A stretch of DNA of 64,000 nucleotides from Haliotis cracherodii (GCF_022045235.1 NW_027266270.1:868001-932000), one strand, 5' to 3'; shown: positions 1-13,047, numbered from the stretch's first letter. The notes: generated by a model not told the origin, from the letters alone. Made by a program: numbers and translations.

Positions 1-247
1 CTCGTCCCACCGCTCCCATAGGGCTGTGGGGTAGCCTTGTGGTTACAGCGTTCGCTGCTAGCCACGTCCAAGGACCTGGTTCAATTCCCCACATGGGTAC
101 AATGTGTCAAACCCATTTCTGGGGTCCCCGCCGGGATATTGCTGGAGTATTGCGGCATAAAACCATACTTACTCACTCTTCGGCTGCCACACAGACGCAG
201 CAGTACACCGACCCGATCCGACCAGTTCTTGTTTTAGCCCCTTAATG

Positions 248-714
248 CCCCCGACCTTCAGCTCTCCCGCATTACTCTACCACTAGACAAGGAGGCGGTC
301 CCCCGACCTTCAGCTCTCTCGCATTACTCTACCACTAGACAAGGAGGCGGTCCCCCGACCTTCAGCTCTCCCGCATTACTCTACCACTAGACAAGGAGGC
401 GGTCCCCCGACCTTCCGCTCTCCCGCATTACTCTACCACTAGACAAGGAGGCGGTCCCCCGACCTTCCGCTCTCCCGCATTACTCTACCACTAGACAAGG
501 AGGCGGTCCCCGACCTTCCGCTCTCTCGCATTACTCTACCACTAGACAAGGAGGCGGTCCCCCGACCTTCCGCTCTCTCGTATTACTCTACCACTAGACA
601 AGGAGGCGGTCCCCCGACCTTCAGCTCTCTCGCATTACTCTACCACTAGACAAGGAGGCGGTCCACCGACCTTTCGCTCTCTCGCATTACTCTACCACTA
701 GACAAGGAGACGGT
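248..714 (-). repeat. 52-bp minisatellite (about 9 units) derived from the SINE-B 5' head
   Basis: Units start at 248, 300, 352, 404...; the reverse complement matches the head of the element at 61486. Confidence 0.9.
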
Positions 715-2154
715 CTGCATGGTTGTGAGAGAGGAATCAGCGGTCATGAGATCACCTTTGTATCAGGTATCCTAAGGTAGTGTATTAACAGTTTTCCAAC
801 CAATTGGCTAAGGTGGTGGAAATAAAAAAGAATATTTGTGAAGCTCGGAAGTTTATAATTGTATTTGGCATGAAAATGTTTGGGTGGGTGACAGATCTCA
901 ACATTGAGTGATGTACATGATGTTAAGAAAAGGTCATAGATTCTTTAATTTAGTATGAATTTTGTTGATGTATGTTGTCATTTTTCTTATTGATTTGTTT
1001 GTTTGTTGTTTAACGCCGCACTCAACAATATTCCAGCTATATGACGTTTTTTCTTATGCAATAATATTGAGAAAGATGGTGGGGCCAAAAAATATAATAA
1101 TAATTTTTATTTCTGATTGTGTTTTTTTGTGTGTGCATGAGTGCATGTGAAAAGTGTGCTACCATTGTGTCAGAATATAAATATTTGTCCAAAATCCGAC
1201 CAAATTTAGTTTGTTTAATTGTTAAAGGACTAATCATAGCCAAGTGGAAATGATTAATAACAATTTCCTTGCAAACTGGTGTTTATCTACCATTATCCAC
1301 TCCAACTTTTAATTTGTACATTCAAATATTTATAGCTCATGGTCAAAGTATACATCAAAGCTATAAATCTCCATGGCAACTGTATTTAGAGTATTTAGAC
1401 CCCCACAGTCAGTGTCCCTGCCATAATGTATTCAATACAACAAAATCTCCAGATTCTTACATATCTAGTCATGTGAAGCCAGCCGCAGGCAGTTGGTCAG
1501 TGAAGCGTGACAATATACTCTCTCCACATGAAATACAGCGTTTATCTACCACTTGATATGAGGATATAATCCCTGCTTCCCCAGACTCACTACCTGGGGC
1601 GTTCCCTCTCAGTGCACAGCAGTTAATGCTGGATTAAAACAGGATAGTTACCCATGAAGCACTGTGAATAGAGCATTTGTTGTTCGTTCATGTAATGTCA
1701 GTTAGAAAACGATTGTGAGTGAATCAGGCATTATGATGCTCACTGTTCAACAACTAATTCAATTTTGAAATATCACTGTATTTTGAAAGACCAATTCTTG
1801 TATTGTTTTACGGATGAGTGACCCATTAGTTTGGAAAAGCAATAAAAGAGGAAAAATGCTGTGGTTAAAAGTAATGTATTTTCCCAAACCTCGTTTTGCT
1901 TATATTATTTCTAATACTTTAATTTCACACACAAAAATTCAACTGGCATTTTGAAAGTAACATTTTGATTTCTCAGGGTTATAATTATTTAAATTTGAAG
2001 ATATCGGCAGTAGAAGACTGTGATTGACTTGAAGTGAAGTAAGGACAGGCTGTGGAATAAAGATCCCATTCTACACTGTAGGCCACAAGTTGAACACAAG
2101 ACATAATAAATATTTTAGAAAAAAATATGTTTAATAAATAAAATGTTGTATACA

Positions 2155-2255
2155 TCACAATGTCATGAGTCGGATGAGGAGGGACACGACGTGGACGTTG
2201 AGACTGTTCCCCAGGCTCCGGTACATCTGGATCCTCGACAACTCGGTCGGTAACT
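2155..2255 (-). CDS. TRDMT1: TRDMT1 exon 8, terminal (motif X)
   Basis: gttttccag acceptor; (E)LPTELSRIQMYRSLGNSLNVHVVSLLIRLMTL-TGA; the eight exons sum to 1227 nt = 408 aa + stop. Confidence 0.94.
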
Positions 2256-3109
2256 CTGGAAAACACAGGAGCAAAAGTTGTACATGCCAAAGGTGAAAAT
2301 ACAAGGCTGTCGAGACAAGCTTAACCAACACTTGGGAGACACTGCAAAAATTTTCAGATAACAAAGGATACCTTTCAGATGAAAAAATACCCCAGAAATA
2401 TTTTATTCTATCCTCCACCTTGTGACTAAACTTTTGCACTAATAAATCTGAAAATCAATCAGTGAAAAAAGTCTAGCCCCGGGGGTAATTCTACATGACA
2501 TAAACATGGCAAAGAGTGCTTTGGCAGTTGGTTGTCAGAGCAATATAAACTCAGGTCATTGAACACAACCTTCTTGTTTTATAGTCGAGATCAATGTAGC
2601 AATGACTGATAACCCTAGTTACAGGGCATGTCAAGCGATGCAGGAGTAGCGACTGTCTGGACCTGGCTTCAACTCTTGGAGCATGTAAGGGAGGAAGAGT
2701 TGTCTCCCTTCAAGACACTTTCTTGCACTCTCATCAATTAGAATACAGCTCAACATGTATTTCCTGTCTCTTCATAACGAAATTTTGCAAACTGACAAAA
2801 CAAAAATATTTCACATTATTTGGGGAGAAAGTTGCTATGCAACAATTGTCACAGGCCAAATGTCAATCATGTTAACTTATTTAGATTCGTCATGGTAACA
2901 AAGAAATGAAGGAAAAGAAAACAAATTCCTGTTTCTTTAACACCAATGAATTTTGTCCTTAAAGTTAAATTGTCAAATTGAATTCAAATAGGTGTGTCTT
3001 AACTTTTAACATTTCTCAATATTTGCTAATTTGAAATGTGGTGGGTGAAATATGAAGCTTCAGCATCTATGACATAACGACAAGAGGATTAGTGGATTGT
3101 TGTACAGAC

Positions 3110-3266
3110 CGAACTGCGGAGGGAAGCACAGCAGATTGGCAATTTCCCGGGGGGTGAAGTATCGCAGTTGTAGACCACGGAGGAGGTCCATTTCTTCCTC
3201 TCCCAGTAGGGGGCGCTCCGGCAGATCAACCACCCGAGACTTCAACTTGCTGACTGCTCGAACTGC
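3110..3266 (-). CDS. TRDMT1: TRDMT1 exon 7 (motif IX)
   Basis: ttccctccag acceptor; AVRAVSKLKS...LQLRYFTPREIANLLCFPPQF; G|GTCTGT donor, phase 1. Confidence 0.92.
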
Positions 3267-3309
3267 CTGGAGGGAAATAAATCTAACTATGACAAACATG
3301 TTACACTAG

Positions 3310-6210
3310 CAGGGTGTGCGGGGTAGACTGGAGTGTGCGGGGTGTACTGGGGTGTGCGGGATGTACTGGGGTGTATGGGGTGTACTGGGGTGTGAAGGAT
3401 GTACTGGGGTGTGCGGGGTGTACTGGGGTGTATGGGGTGTACTGGGGTGTGCAAGGTGGACTGGGGTGTGCGAGTTGGACTGGGGTGTGCGGGGTGGACT
3501 GGGGTGTGCGGGATGGACTGGGGTGTGCGGGGTGGACTGGGGTGTGCGGGATGTACTGGGGTGTGCGGGGTGGACTGGGGTGTGCGTGGTGTATGGGGTG
3601 GACTGGGTTGTGAGAGGTGGACTGGGGTGGACTGGGTTGTGAGAGGTGGACTGGGATGTACTGGGGTGTACTGGGATGTACTGGGGTGTGCGGGGTGTAC
3701 TGGGGTGTATGGGGTGTACTGGGGTGTGCAGGGTGGACTGGGGTGTGCGGGGTGGACTGGGTGGACTGGGGTGTACTGGGGTGTGCAGGGTGGACTGGGG
3801 TGTGCGGGATGGACTGAGGTGTGCAGGGTGGACTGGGGTGTGCGGGGTGGACTGGGGTGTGCGGGGTGGACTGGGGTGTGCAGGGTGGCCTGGAGTGTGA
3901 GAGGTGGACTGGGTTGTGCGGGTTGGACGGGTGTGAGAGGTGGACTGGGGGCTGCGGGGTGGACTGGGGTGTGCGGGGTGGACTGGGGTGTGCAGGGTGT
4001 ATGGGGTGGACTGGGTTGTGAGAGGTGGACTGGGGTGGACTGGGTTGTGAGAGGTGGACTGGGGTGTGCGAGGTGGACTGGGATGTACTGGGGTGTGCGG
4101 GGGGGACTGGGGTGTGCGGGGTGGACTGGGGTGTACGGGGTGGACTGGGGTGTGCGGGGTGGACTGGGGTGTGCGGGGTTGACTGGGGTGTACGGGGTGG
4201 ACTGGGGTGTACGGGGTGGACTGGGGTGTACGGGGTGGACTGGGGTGTGCGGGATGTACTGGGGTGTACGGGGTGGACTGGGGTGTGCGGGGTGGACTGG
4301 GGTGTACGGGGTGGACTGGGGTGTACGGGGTGTACGGGGTGGACTGGGGTGTACGGGGTGGACTGGGGTGTGCGGGATGTACTGGGGTGTGCGGGATGTA
4401 CTGGGGTGTGCGGGGTGGACTGGGGTGTGCGTGGTGTATGGGGTGGACTGGGTTGTGAGAGGTGGACTGGGATGTACTGGGGTGGACTGGGTTGCGAGAG
4501 GTGGACTGGGATGTACTGGGGTGTACTGGGATGTTCTGGGATGTACTGGGGTGTGCGGGGTGTACTGGGGTGTATGGGGTGCACTGGGGTGTACTGGGGT
4601 GTGCAGGGTGTGCGGGATGGACTGCGGTGTGTGGGGTGGACTGGAGTGTGCGAGGTGGACTGGGGTGTGAGAGGTTGACTGGGGTTTGCGGGGTGGACTG
4701 GGGTGTGCGGGGTGGACTGGGGTGTGCGGGGTGGACTGGGGTGTGCGGGGTGGACTGGGGTGTGCGGGGTGGACTGGGGTGTGTGGGGTGGACTGGGGTG
4801 TGCGGGGTGCACTGGGGTGTGCGGGGTGGACTGGGGTGTGCGGGGTGGACTGGGGTGTGCGGGGTGGACTGGGGTGTGCGGGGTGGACTGGGGTGGACTG
4901 GGGTGTGCGGGGTGGACTGGGGTGTGCGGGGTGGACTGGGGTGTGAGAGGTTGACTGGGGTGTACGGGGTGGACTGGGGTGTGTGGGGTGGACTGGAGTG
5001 TGCGAGGTGGACTGGGGTGTGCGGGTGGACTGGGGTGTGCGGGGTGGACTGGGGTGTGCGGGGTGGACTGGGGTGTGCGGGGTGGACTGGGGTGGACTGG
5101 GTGGACTGGGGTGTGCGGGGTGGACTGGGGTGTGAGAGGTTGACTGGGGTGTACGGGGTGGACTGGGGTGTGTGGGGTGGACTGGGGTGTGCGGGGTGGA
5201 CTGGGGTGTGAGGGGTGTGCGGGGTGGACTGGGGTGTGAGAGGTTGACTGGGGTGTACGGGGTGGACTGGGGTGTGCGGCGTGGACTGGGGTGTGCGGGG
5301 TGGACTGGGGTGTGCGGGGTGGACTGGGGTGTGCAGGGTGTATGGGGTGGACTGGGTTGTGAGAGGTGGACTGGGGTGGACTGGGTTGTGAGAGGTGGAC
5401 TGGGGTGTGCGAGGTGGAATGGGATGTACTGGGGTGTGCGGGGGGGACTGGGGTGTGCGGGGGGACTGGGGTGTGCGGGTTTGACTGGGGTGTGAGAGGT
5501 GGACTGGGTGGATTGGGGTGTGTGGGGTGGACTGGGGTGTGCGGGGTGGACTGGGGTGTGCGGGGTGGACTGGGGTGTGCGGGGTTGACTGGGGTGTACG
5601 GGGTGGACTGGGGTGTACGGGGTGTACGGGGTGGACTGGGGTGTACGGGGTGGACTGGGGTGTACGGGGTGTACGGGTGGACTGGGGTGTACGGGGTGGA
5701 CTGGGGTGTACGGGGTGGACTGGGGTGTACGGGGTGTGCGGGGTGGACTGGGGTGTACGGGGTGGACTGGGGTGTGCGGGTGGACTGGGGTGTGCGGGGT
5801 GGACTGGGGTGTACGGGGTGGACTGGGGTGTGAGAGGTGTACTGGGGTGTGAGAGGTGGACTGGGGTGTGCGGGGTGGACTGGGGTGTGAGGGGTGTGAG
5901 AGGTGGACTGGGGTGTGCGGGGGGGACTGGGGTGTACGGGGTGGACTGGGGTGTGCGGGTGGACTGGGGTGTGCGGGGTGTGCGGGGTGGACTGGGGTGT
6001 GAGAGGTGGACTGGGATGTACTGGGGTGTGAGAGGTGGACTGGGGTGTGCGGGGTGGACTGGGGTGTGAGGGGTGTGAGAGGTGGACTGGGGTGTGCGGG
6101 GTGGACTGGGGTGTGAGAGGTGGACTGGGGTGTGCGGGGTGGACTGGGGTGTGCGGGGTGGACTGGGGTGTGCGGGGTGGACTGGGGTGTGTGGGGTGGA
6201 CTGGGGTGTA
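3310..6210. repeat. About 2.9-kb G-rich minisatellite, basic unit GGGGTGGACTGGGGTGTGC (19 bp) with variants
   Basis: Directly visible; lies in TRDMT1 intron 6 and ends about 40 bp from the exon 7 acceptor. Confidence 0.95.
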
Positions 6211-6828
6211 CAATGTATATATAAATACTGCTGAACATGTTTCACTAATGCTGTTACAGGCTACGTGGGCAGATGACTGGCGTAACAGGCTTCACATCAC
6301 CAGACAAGCGTGTACAGCTTCCCATGGTACAAACCTGGACACCCTGCTTATCATGACACGCCGACAAAGATACATGGTTTTGCTGATACAAGTGTGTGAC
6401 ATCAGGTCTGCCTGACAACCTGCCAGGGGTTACGGAATAGTTCTACATATGTGAACAGGTTCAATCATGATGTGACAATCAGATGATGTCATATAATTCA
6501 CCATCATGTCACAATGTCTGTACAAGCCAACAGACCACTTTGAAATGTTTTTTATAAGACAGCAACTGGCTAATCAGAGAGCTGTAATAAAATGATCTTG
6601 AATGATCTTGGGACTTTGTGTATATTGCTGAAAACTGTTAAGAAAAAACCCTTCATTATCTATTCCTAACACTTCCATGAATCTTTACAAAATATCTACA
6701 TGTGACCTTGACCTCATTTGATAAATACCGAAGATGCCCCTGACGTGACTGTTGGTACAAGGACATGATTGTCTCGGGTTTATTTAGGTCAAGTCTGTAA
6801 ACAGATGGAGAAACTATGTGTTGCTTAC

Positions 6829-6886
6829 ATCTCCATCACTCGTCATCTGGACAATCGAGCCGGCACCTTCTACAAAATGTCCGTAC
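6829..6886 (-). CDS. TRDMT1: TRDMT1 exon 6
   Basis: ttctgttgtag acceptor, GTAAGC donor; (R)YGHFVEGAGSIVQMTSDGD completes the DNMT2 CFTxxYxxxxEGxGS signature. Confidence 0.93.
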
Positions 6887-6958
6887 CTACAACAGAAAAT
6901 ATTGGAAATAACCATGATATGACACCTACCAATTCAGAAAACACCTGAACACTAGTTT

Positions 6959-7504
6959 GACAAGTGACAAGGATGGCATTCCAATAATAAGCTGGTCCTG
7001 ACAGGTGACAAGGATGTGATTCCAGTAATAAGCTGGTCCTGACAGGTAACAAGGATGTGATTCCAGTAATAAGCTGGTCCTGACAGGTGACAAGGATGTG
7101 ATTCCAGTTATAAGCTGGTCCTGACAGGTAACAAGGATGAGATTCCAGTAATAAGCTGGTCCTGACAGGTAACAAGGATGTGATTCCAGTAATAAGCTGG
7201 TCCTGACAGGTGACAAGGATGTGATTCCAGTAATAAGCTGGTCCTGACAGATGACAAGGATGTGATTCCAGTAATAAGCTGGTCCTGACGGGTGACAAGG
7301 ATGTGATTCCAGTAATAAGCTGGTCCTGACAGGTGACAAGGATGTGATTCCAGTAATAAGCTGGTCCTGACAGGTAACAAGGATGTGATTCCAGTAATAA
7401 GCTGGTCCTGACAGGCTACAAGGATGTGATTCCAGTAATAAGCTGGTCCTGACAGGTAACGATGTGATTCCAGTAATAAGCTGGTCCTGACAGGTGACAA
7501 GGAT
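6959..7504. repeat. 41-bp minisatellite (about 13 units)
   Basis: gacaggtgacaaggatgtgattccagtaataagctggtcct at 7000, 7041, 7082... Confidence 0.95.
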
Positions 7505-7686
7505 CAGTCAGGGCCGGTGACTTGGTAGGCTGTGTGTCATCATGCCTCAGTGATGTTGATCGTTGCTGGGGCTCTCAATCAGTGGATTGCCTGTCAAGGG
7601 TTGCCTAGTTACAGTTCGCAGTGGTACGGCTGGAATATTGCAGACTCTGGTGTATAACCCTCAGATTGACATGGACAGGACATGTG

Positions 7687-9750
7687 ATAAACGATCTATT
7701 CGAGGGTCTATCCCCTAAAGTAAACACATCAAAATTCGCGGATGATGGAGCCATCTGGATCCGCACTAAAAGCATGAAAATGGCCACAAATCTACTCCAA
7801 AAATCTCTTAATAAAATACAACAATGGGCTGACAAATGGGGCTTCTCCCTTAACTCAGAAAAAACAACAGGAATAGTATTAAACATAAAAACATGAAACC
7901 CGCCTCCCCAATCCTCCAGCTAAACAACCAAACAATCAAATTTCAAAAACAAACCAAATTCTTAGGACTTATTTTCGATGAACATCTCACCTGGGATGCT
8001 CACATCCAAAACCTAACAACTAAATGCAGTAAAGACCTAAACACCCTAAGATGCCTAACTGGCTCTAACTGGGGAGCCTCCAAAGATACTCTCCTCTCTC
8101 TCTACATATCCCTAATTAGATCAAAACTAGACTACGGCTGCGCCATATACAACACCCTAAACAACTCTCTATCCAAAAAACTTGACTCAATACAATATCA
8201 GGCTCTCAAACTCATTACACGCACCCAACATGGCACCTCCTACACCTCACTTCAGGCCTTAACAGGAGAAATGCCACTAAGTCTACGCAGGGAACAGCTA
8301 AGCTTAAATTTCTGGGCCGCGTCCCAATCAAACCCTCTCATCCAAAACTTAATAAACCAAAACATCAGCCCTAAAAACCAAGCTCTAGCTCGTAAACACC
8401 CCTTACTTACCCCAATATCCCAAAGAATAACAAACTACCTAAATGAACACCAAATTAAAAATCTTAAACAAAACTGCAAACAATCAAATATCTTCACCCC
8501 TAAACTTAAAATACCCAAAATAGACACAACACTAGCTAGCCAAATAAATAAACAAACCGACCCAAACATAGCTAAAACTACCACACTAGCATACATACAC
8601 AAAAATTGGCCAAATTGGTGTCACATTTACACGGACGGATCCTCAGATCCGACCTCCAAACACACGGGTTTCGGAGTCCATACCACACAACCAACTAAAA
8701 CCACACAATCCTTCCGACTCCCAAATAACCAATCAATATTCACGGCCGAACTAATGGGCATGGCCTCAGCCCTCCACAATCAAGAATCCAAAAACAACCA
8801 AAAAATCCTAATACTTACTGACTCCCTAAGTGGACTACAAGCCCTCCAAAACAAAAATACCAAAAACCGACCTAAATTAATAAATCAAATACTTAAAAGC
8901 TCCAACGACCTAACAAAAGCAGGCAAACAAATAACCTTCTTGTGGATACCCGCCCACGTAGGAATATACGGTAATGAAAACGCCGATAAAGCAGCTAAAC
9001 TATCCCTTAAAATCCCAGAAATAAGCTTAAACTTACCCATCTCAAAATCAGAAATTAAAAGTGTAAACAAACAAAAAATCACAAAAAAATGGCATAACCT
9101 ATATCTAAACTCAAATAGCAAAATCAAAAGAGTGCTCAGCAAACCACTAACCAAACCAAAAATTCTCCATCCATCAAAAAAAATCGACAGAGTAATCACT
9201 AAACTCCAAACAGGACACACCAACCTAAATAACCACCTAAAAAAATTTAAAAAACACACTACAGGTAACTGCCCACACTGCAAACAACCAGAAACCCCAG
9301 AACACGCACTCATCCACTGCACACACTACCTAACACATCGAACCGCATTACAAACCACCCTCAATCTAAACAAGGCTCTCACTCTAGAAGCAATACTAAA
9401 CCCACAAAATAAACTAGAAAACTTCAAGGCCTTAGGCGTATTCTTAATAAAAACGGAACTAATAAAACGCATCTAAAACCATAATAACCTACCAAATCAA
9501 AATCACATAAACAAACAATCATCCACCATACCCAGCTCCCTTAGTTCTCCTCCCCAACCCCATCAGCATCTATTCCAAATCTCAAAATTCCCAAATTCTA
9601 TATAAGCAACCCCTAAAGCCCCCTCTTGGGTTGCACAGACCACCCTCGCCCCTTTCGGAAACACATTAAATGGCCTGGCCGGGCCCGTGTGCGAAATACG
9701 CATCAGTCGGAAAGCGCACGTTAAATCTCCAAAGTAAGTAAGTAAGTAAG
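7687..9750 (+). mobile_element. 5'-truncated non-LTR retrotransposon with RT, RNase H and C-terminal zinc finger (I/Nimb/Loa-type LINE), antisense in TRDMT1 intron 5
   Basis: FADD RT motif; KFLGLIFD..LTW; RNase H motifs IYTDGS, SIFTAEL, ILTDSLS, WIPAHVGIYGNENAD; CPHC..H..C; (GTAA)n tail; target-site duplication ACAGGACATGTG at 7675-7686 and 9751-9762; one frameshift near 7890. Confidence 0.93.
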
Positions 9751-10947
9751 ACAGGACATGTGCAGAAACTCACCCTCAGATTGACTACATCACAAAGCTA
9801 CAGGACATGTACACAAACACACCCTCAGATTGACTACATCACAAAGCTACAGGACATGTGCACAAACACACCCTCAGATTGACTACATCACAAAGCTACA
9901 GGACATGTGCACAAACACACCCTCAGATTGACTACATCACAAAGCTACAGGTCATGTGCACAAACTCACCCTCAGACTGACTACATCACAAAGCTACAGG
10001 ACATGTACACAAACACACCCTCAGATTGACTACATCACAAAGCTACAGGACATGTACACAAACTCACCCTCAGATTGACTACATCACAAAGCTACAGGAC
10101 ATGTACACAAACTCACCCTCAGACTGACTACATCACAAAGCTACAGGACATGTGCACAAAACAAACTCACCCTCAGATTGACTACATCACGAGGCTACAG
10201 GACATGTACACAAACTCACCCTCAGATTGACTACATCACAAAGCTACAGGACATGTGCACAAACTCACCCTCAGATTGACTACATCACAAAGCTACAGGA
10301 CATGTGCACAAACTCACCCTCAGATTGACTACATCACAAAGCTACAGGACATGTGCACAAACTCACCCTCAGATTGACTACATCACGAGGCTACAGGACA
10401 TGTACACAAACTCACCCTCAGATTGACTACATCACAAAGCTACAGGACATGTACACAAACTCACCCTCAGATTGACTACATCACAAAGCTACAGGACATG
10501 TGCACAAACTCACCCTCAGATTGACTACATCACAAAGCTACAGGACATGTACACAAACTCACCCTCAGACTGACTACATCACAAAGCTACAGGACATGTA
10601 CACAAACTCACCCTCAGACTGACTACATCACGAGGCTACAGGACATGTACACAAACTCACCCTCAGATTGACTACATCACAAAGCTACAGGACATGTACA
10701 CAAACTCACCCTCAGACTGACTACATCACAAAGCTACAGGACATGTACACAAACTCACCCTCAGACTGACTACATCACGAGGCTACAGGACATGTACACA
10801 AACTCACCCTCAGATTGACTACATCACAAAGCTACAGGACATGTACACAAACTCACCCTCAGATTGACTACATCACAAAGCTACAGGACATGTACACAAA
10901 CTCACCCTCAGATTGACTACATCACAAAGCTACAGGACATGTACACG
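9751..10947. repeat. 49-bp minisatellite (about 24 units)
   Basis: acaggacatgtacacaaactcaccctcagattgactacatcacaaagct at 9751, 9800... Confidence 0.95.
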
Positions 10948-11379
10948 AATTCAGTTCTAGCTCTTGTAAGAGGCTCTAAAAGTTAAAATTTCTGGGTATT
11001 GAATAACTCTCACATATCTCACAGTTTCAATAGCAGTGTTGTCCACACACAGGTGCCACGCAGACATAATGTCACCATACAATGAATCATGGCCCATGTT
11101 TCCATGGCAACCTGAACACCACACCATGAATCACATCCAATGTTTTCATGGCAAGCTGAACATGTGGTTAGAAGCACACACAGCAAACTAGTCTGTCACA
11201 TTGTACACGAAATGACTACAATATCCAGTCGCAGGCCAAAGAACATTTTTTGAAATGTGGTATGTTCCATGACGAGTATTCACACCCTGAGAAAGGTTTG
11301 AGTTTTGAACCCCATTTAACAACACGCAGTGAGACTACAACAAAATGAAACTTGGTATACAGTTTGAAAAGAAACGTAC

Positions 11380-11846
11380 CTTCTCGTAAAGCAAGCTGAC
11401 TTTTTCAGGGAAGGTTGGACGATGTCCATGATGACGAACCGAGTCAGCTCCTTGTCATCCAGTAAAAACTCCTGGAAATATTCACATGACTGTTTCTCTA
11501 TAAAATGTTTCAATCTCTGACAGCCACTGTATTCCTGGTGAGTTTCATCAGCAATTTGCCGCAAGTTTTCCCCTGCATCCTCTAGAGTCTTTTCATTAGC
11601 ATCACAAACACCGCCATTTTGTCCTGGAGTTGTCCCTGAATCACATGACTGATCACATGACTGTAGGTCAGCAGTATCACAGATAAGTGTTTTGTAAGTC
11701 AGCCAATCAGAAGCCTCCGCTGGTAACTCCTCGAGAATGGATTCTGAAGCCGGAAATGTGAATCCATCTTGTGCGAGGGTGGCTATGAGATAGTATCGCA
11801 GACGACAGTTTGGGACACCCGTCTGTAGTGGGGTCAACAGGAACTC
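11380..11846 (-). CDS. TRDMT1: TRDMT1 exon 5 (motif VIII, variable region, CFT motif)
   Basis: cattgcag acceptor; EFLLTPLQTGVPNCRLRYYLIA...KKSACFTR; AG|GTACGT donor; 467 nt, phase 2; lies within ORF 11316..11972. Confidence 0.93.
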
Positions 11847-12438
11847 CTGCAATGAGATGCTGCAGCCATTAATATGACACAAACAAAAGGGACAGCTAGC
11901 GTCTGTTTTACAGTGAGTCAAGTGGATTAGCAGTCCGCAATATTCCATTTTGACAAGACAGCAATCCACCATTCACTATGACAGCAGAAGGTAACTATTG
12001 TCTCAAAAGTCACCAGACTGCCCTGGCCCGATCATTGATTGACCCTTGACAGAAAACCATGACACTCTCTTATAGAAATATGTCCAAATAATGATTAGGT
12101 TTCTATTTACACTTAATTTGAAAACTGAGTCAGTATTTCTTTTAGAATATCTATCTCAGCATCCTTTGGGTAAATTACAAATGATACCTCACTACATACT
12201 TAATGTCTTTAGAAGCGATAGGGTAGCCGAGTGGTTCAAGAGTTCACTTGTGCCAACTGAGGCCTGGGTTCAATCCCCACATGGGTACAATGTGTAAAGC
12301 CTATTCCCTGTGTCCCCCTAACAAGATATTGATGGAATAATGCTGAAAGAAACTTCAATTTAAAACACTGCTTGCTAATAATCACTCACTCACTCGTCAT
12401 GGTCACAATACCCTAATTAACTCCTTCACTCACTTTCC

Positions 12439-12762
12439 GACCACCTCCATGGTCTAGTGGTAGAGCGTTCACCCGCGTTCGATACCCGGCCGCATCATAC
12501 CAAATGACGTTAAAAGATGGTACTTGTTGTTACCCTGTCTGGCGCTCGGTAAAAAGGGGCTAAAACAAGAGCTGGTCGGCTCAGAGTCAGTATACTAAGT
12601 CTAAGTGAGGTATTCATATTAAATGGTGGCATGGTACCTCAGTGGGCTAGCACTATAAATCAGCATCAGTCCTGACTAGTACAAGCAGCCACACACATAT
12701 ACACATGTGCATGCATGTCGCTATGATCTTGGACGTGACGTTAAACCTGATTTCATCTCACC
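12439..12762 (+). mobile_element. tRNA-derived SINE, family B (head partly deleted)
   Basis: A box TGGTCTAGTGG, B-box-like GTTCGATAC, body similar to the 61486 copy; TSD tcactcactttcc. Confidence 0.85.
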
Positions 12763-12935
12763 TCACTCACTTTCCATGAAACACATTGCATTGAAAATAA
12801 TCGATCACAGATTTTATGGTTGACTTCTTGGTTTGAAAAGTGAATAAACCGACTATCAAGGAAATTGAATATAGCATCATCATTGCTCCATGAGATGAAA
12901 TAATTATGTAAAATCTACAGATGAAGACGCAGTAC

Positions 12936-13047
12936 CTGCGAACTGTAGCTGCACTGTCTCAACGTTTCCACCAACTTCTGCCGCGCCGCCGACGTCTCGA
13001 ACCCCTTCACATTCTCTACCAGAATATATCGAGGCTTGTTCTCTACT
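12936..13047 (-). CDS. TRDMT1: TRDMT1 exon 4 (motif VI)
   Basis: ttatccag acceptor, CAG|GTACTG donor; VENKPRYILVENVKGFETSAARQKLVETLRQCSYSSQ with the ENV motif. Confidence 0.95.

Noticed and set aside
3287-6245. Three ~980-aa Pro/His/Thr-rich ORFs and many antisense ORFs
   Set aside because: Open in all frames because the 19-bp repeat lacks stops; intronic to TRDMT1; no domain
7893-7896. ATGA stop/start overlap suggesting translational coupling in the LINE
   Set aside because: Falls inside the RT domain of a 5'-truncated copy; simpler as a 1-nt indel or sequencing error
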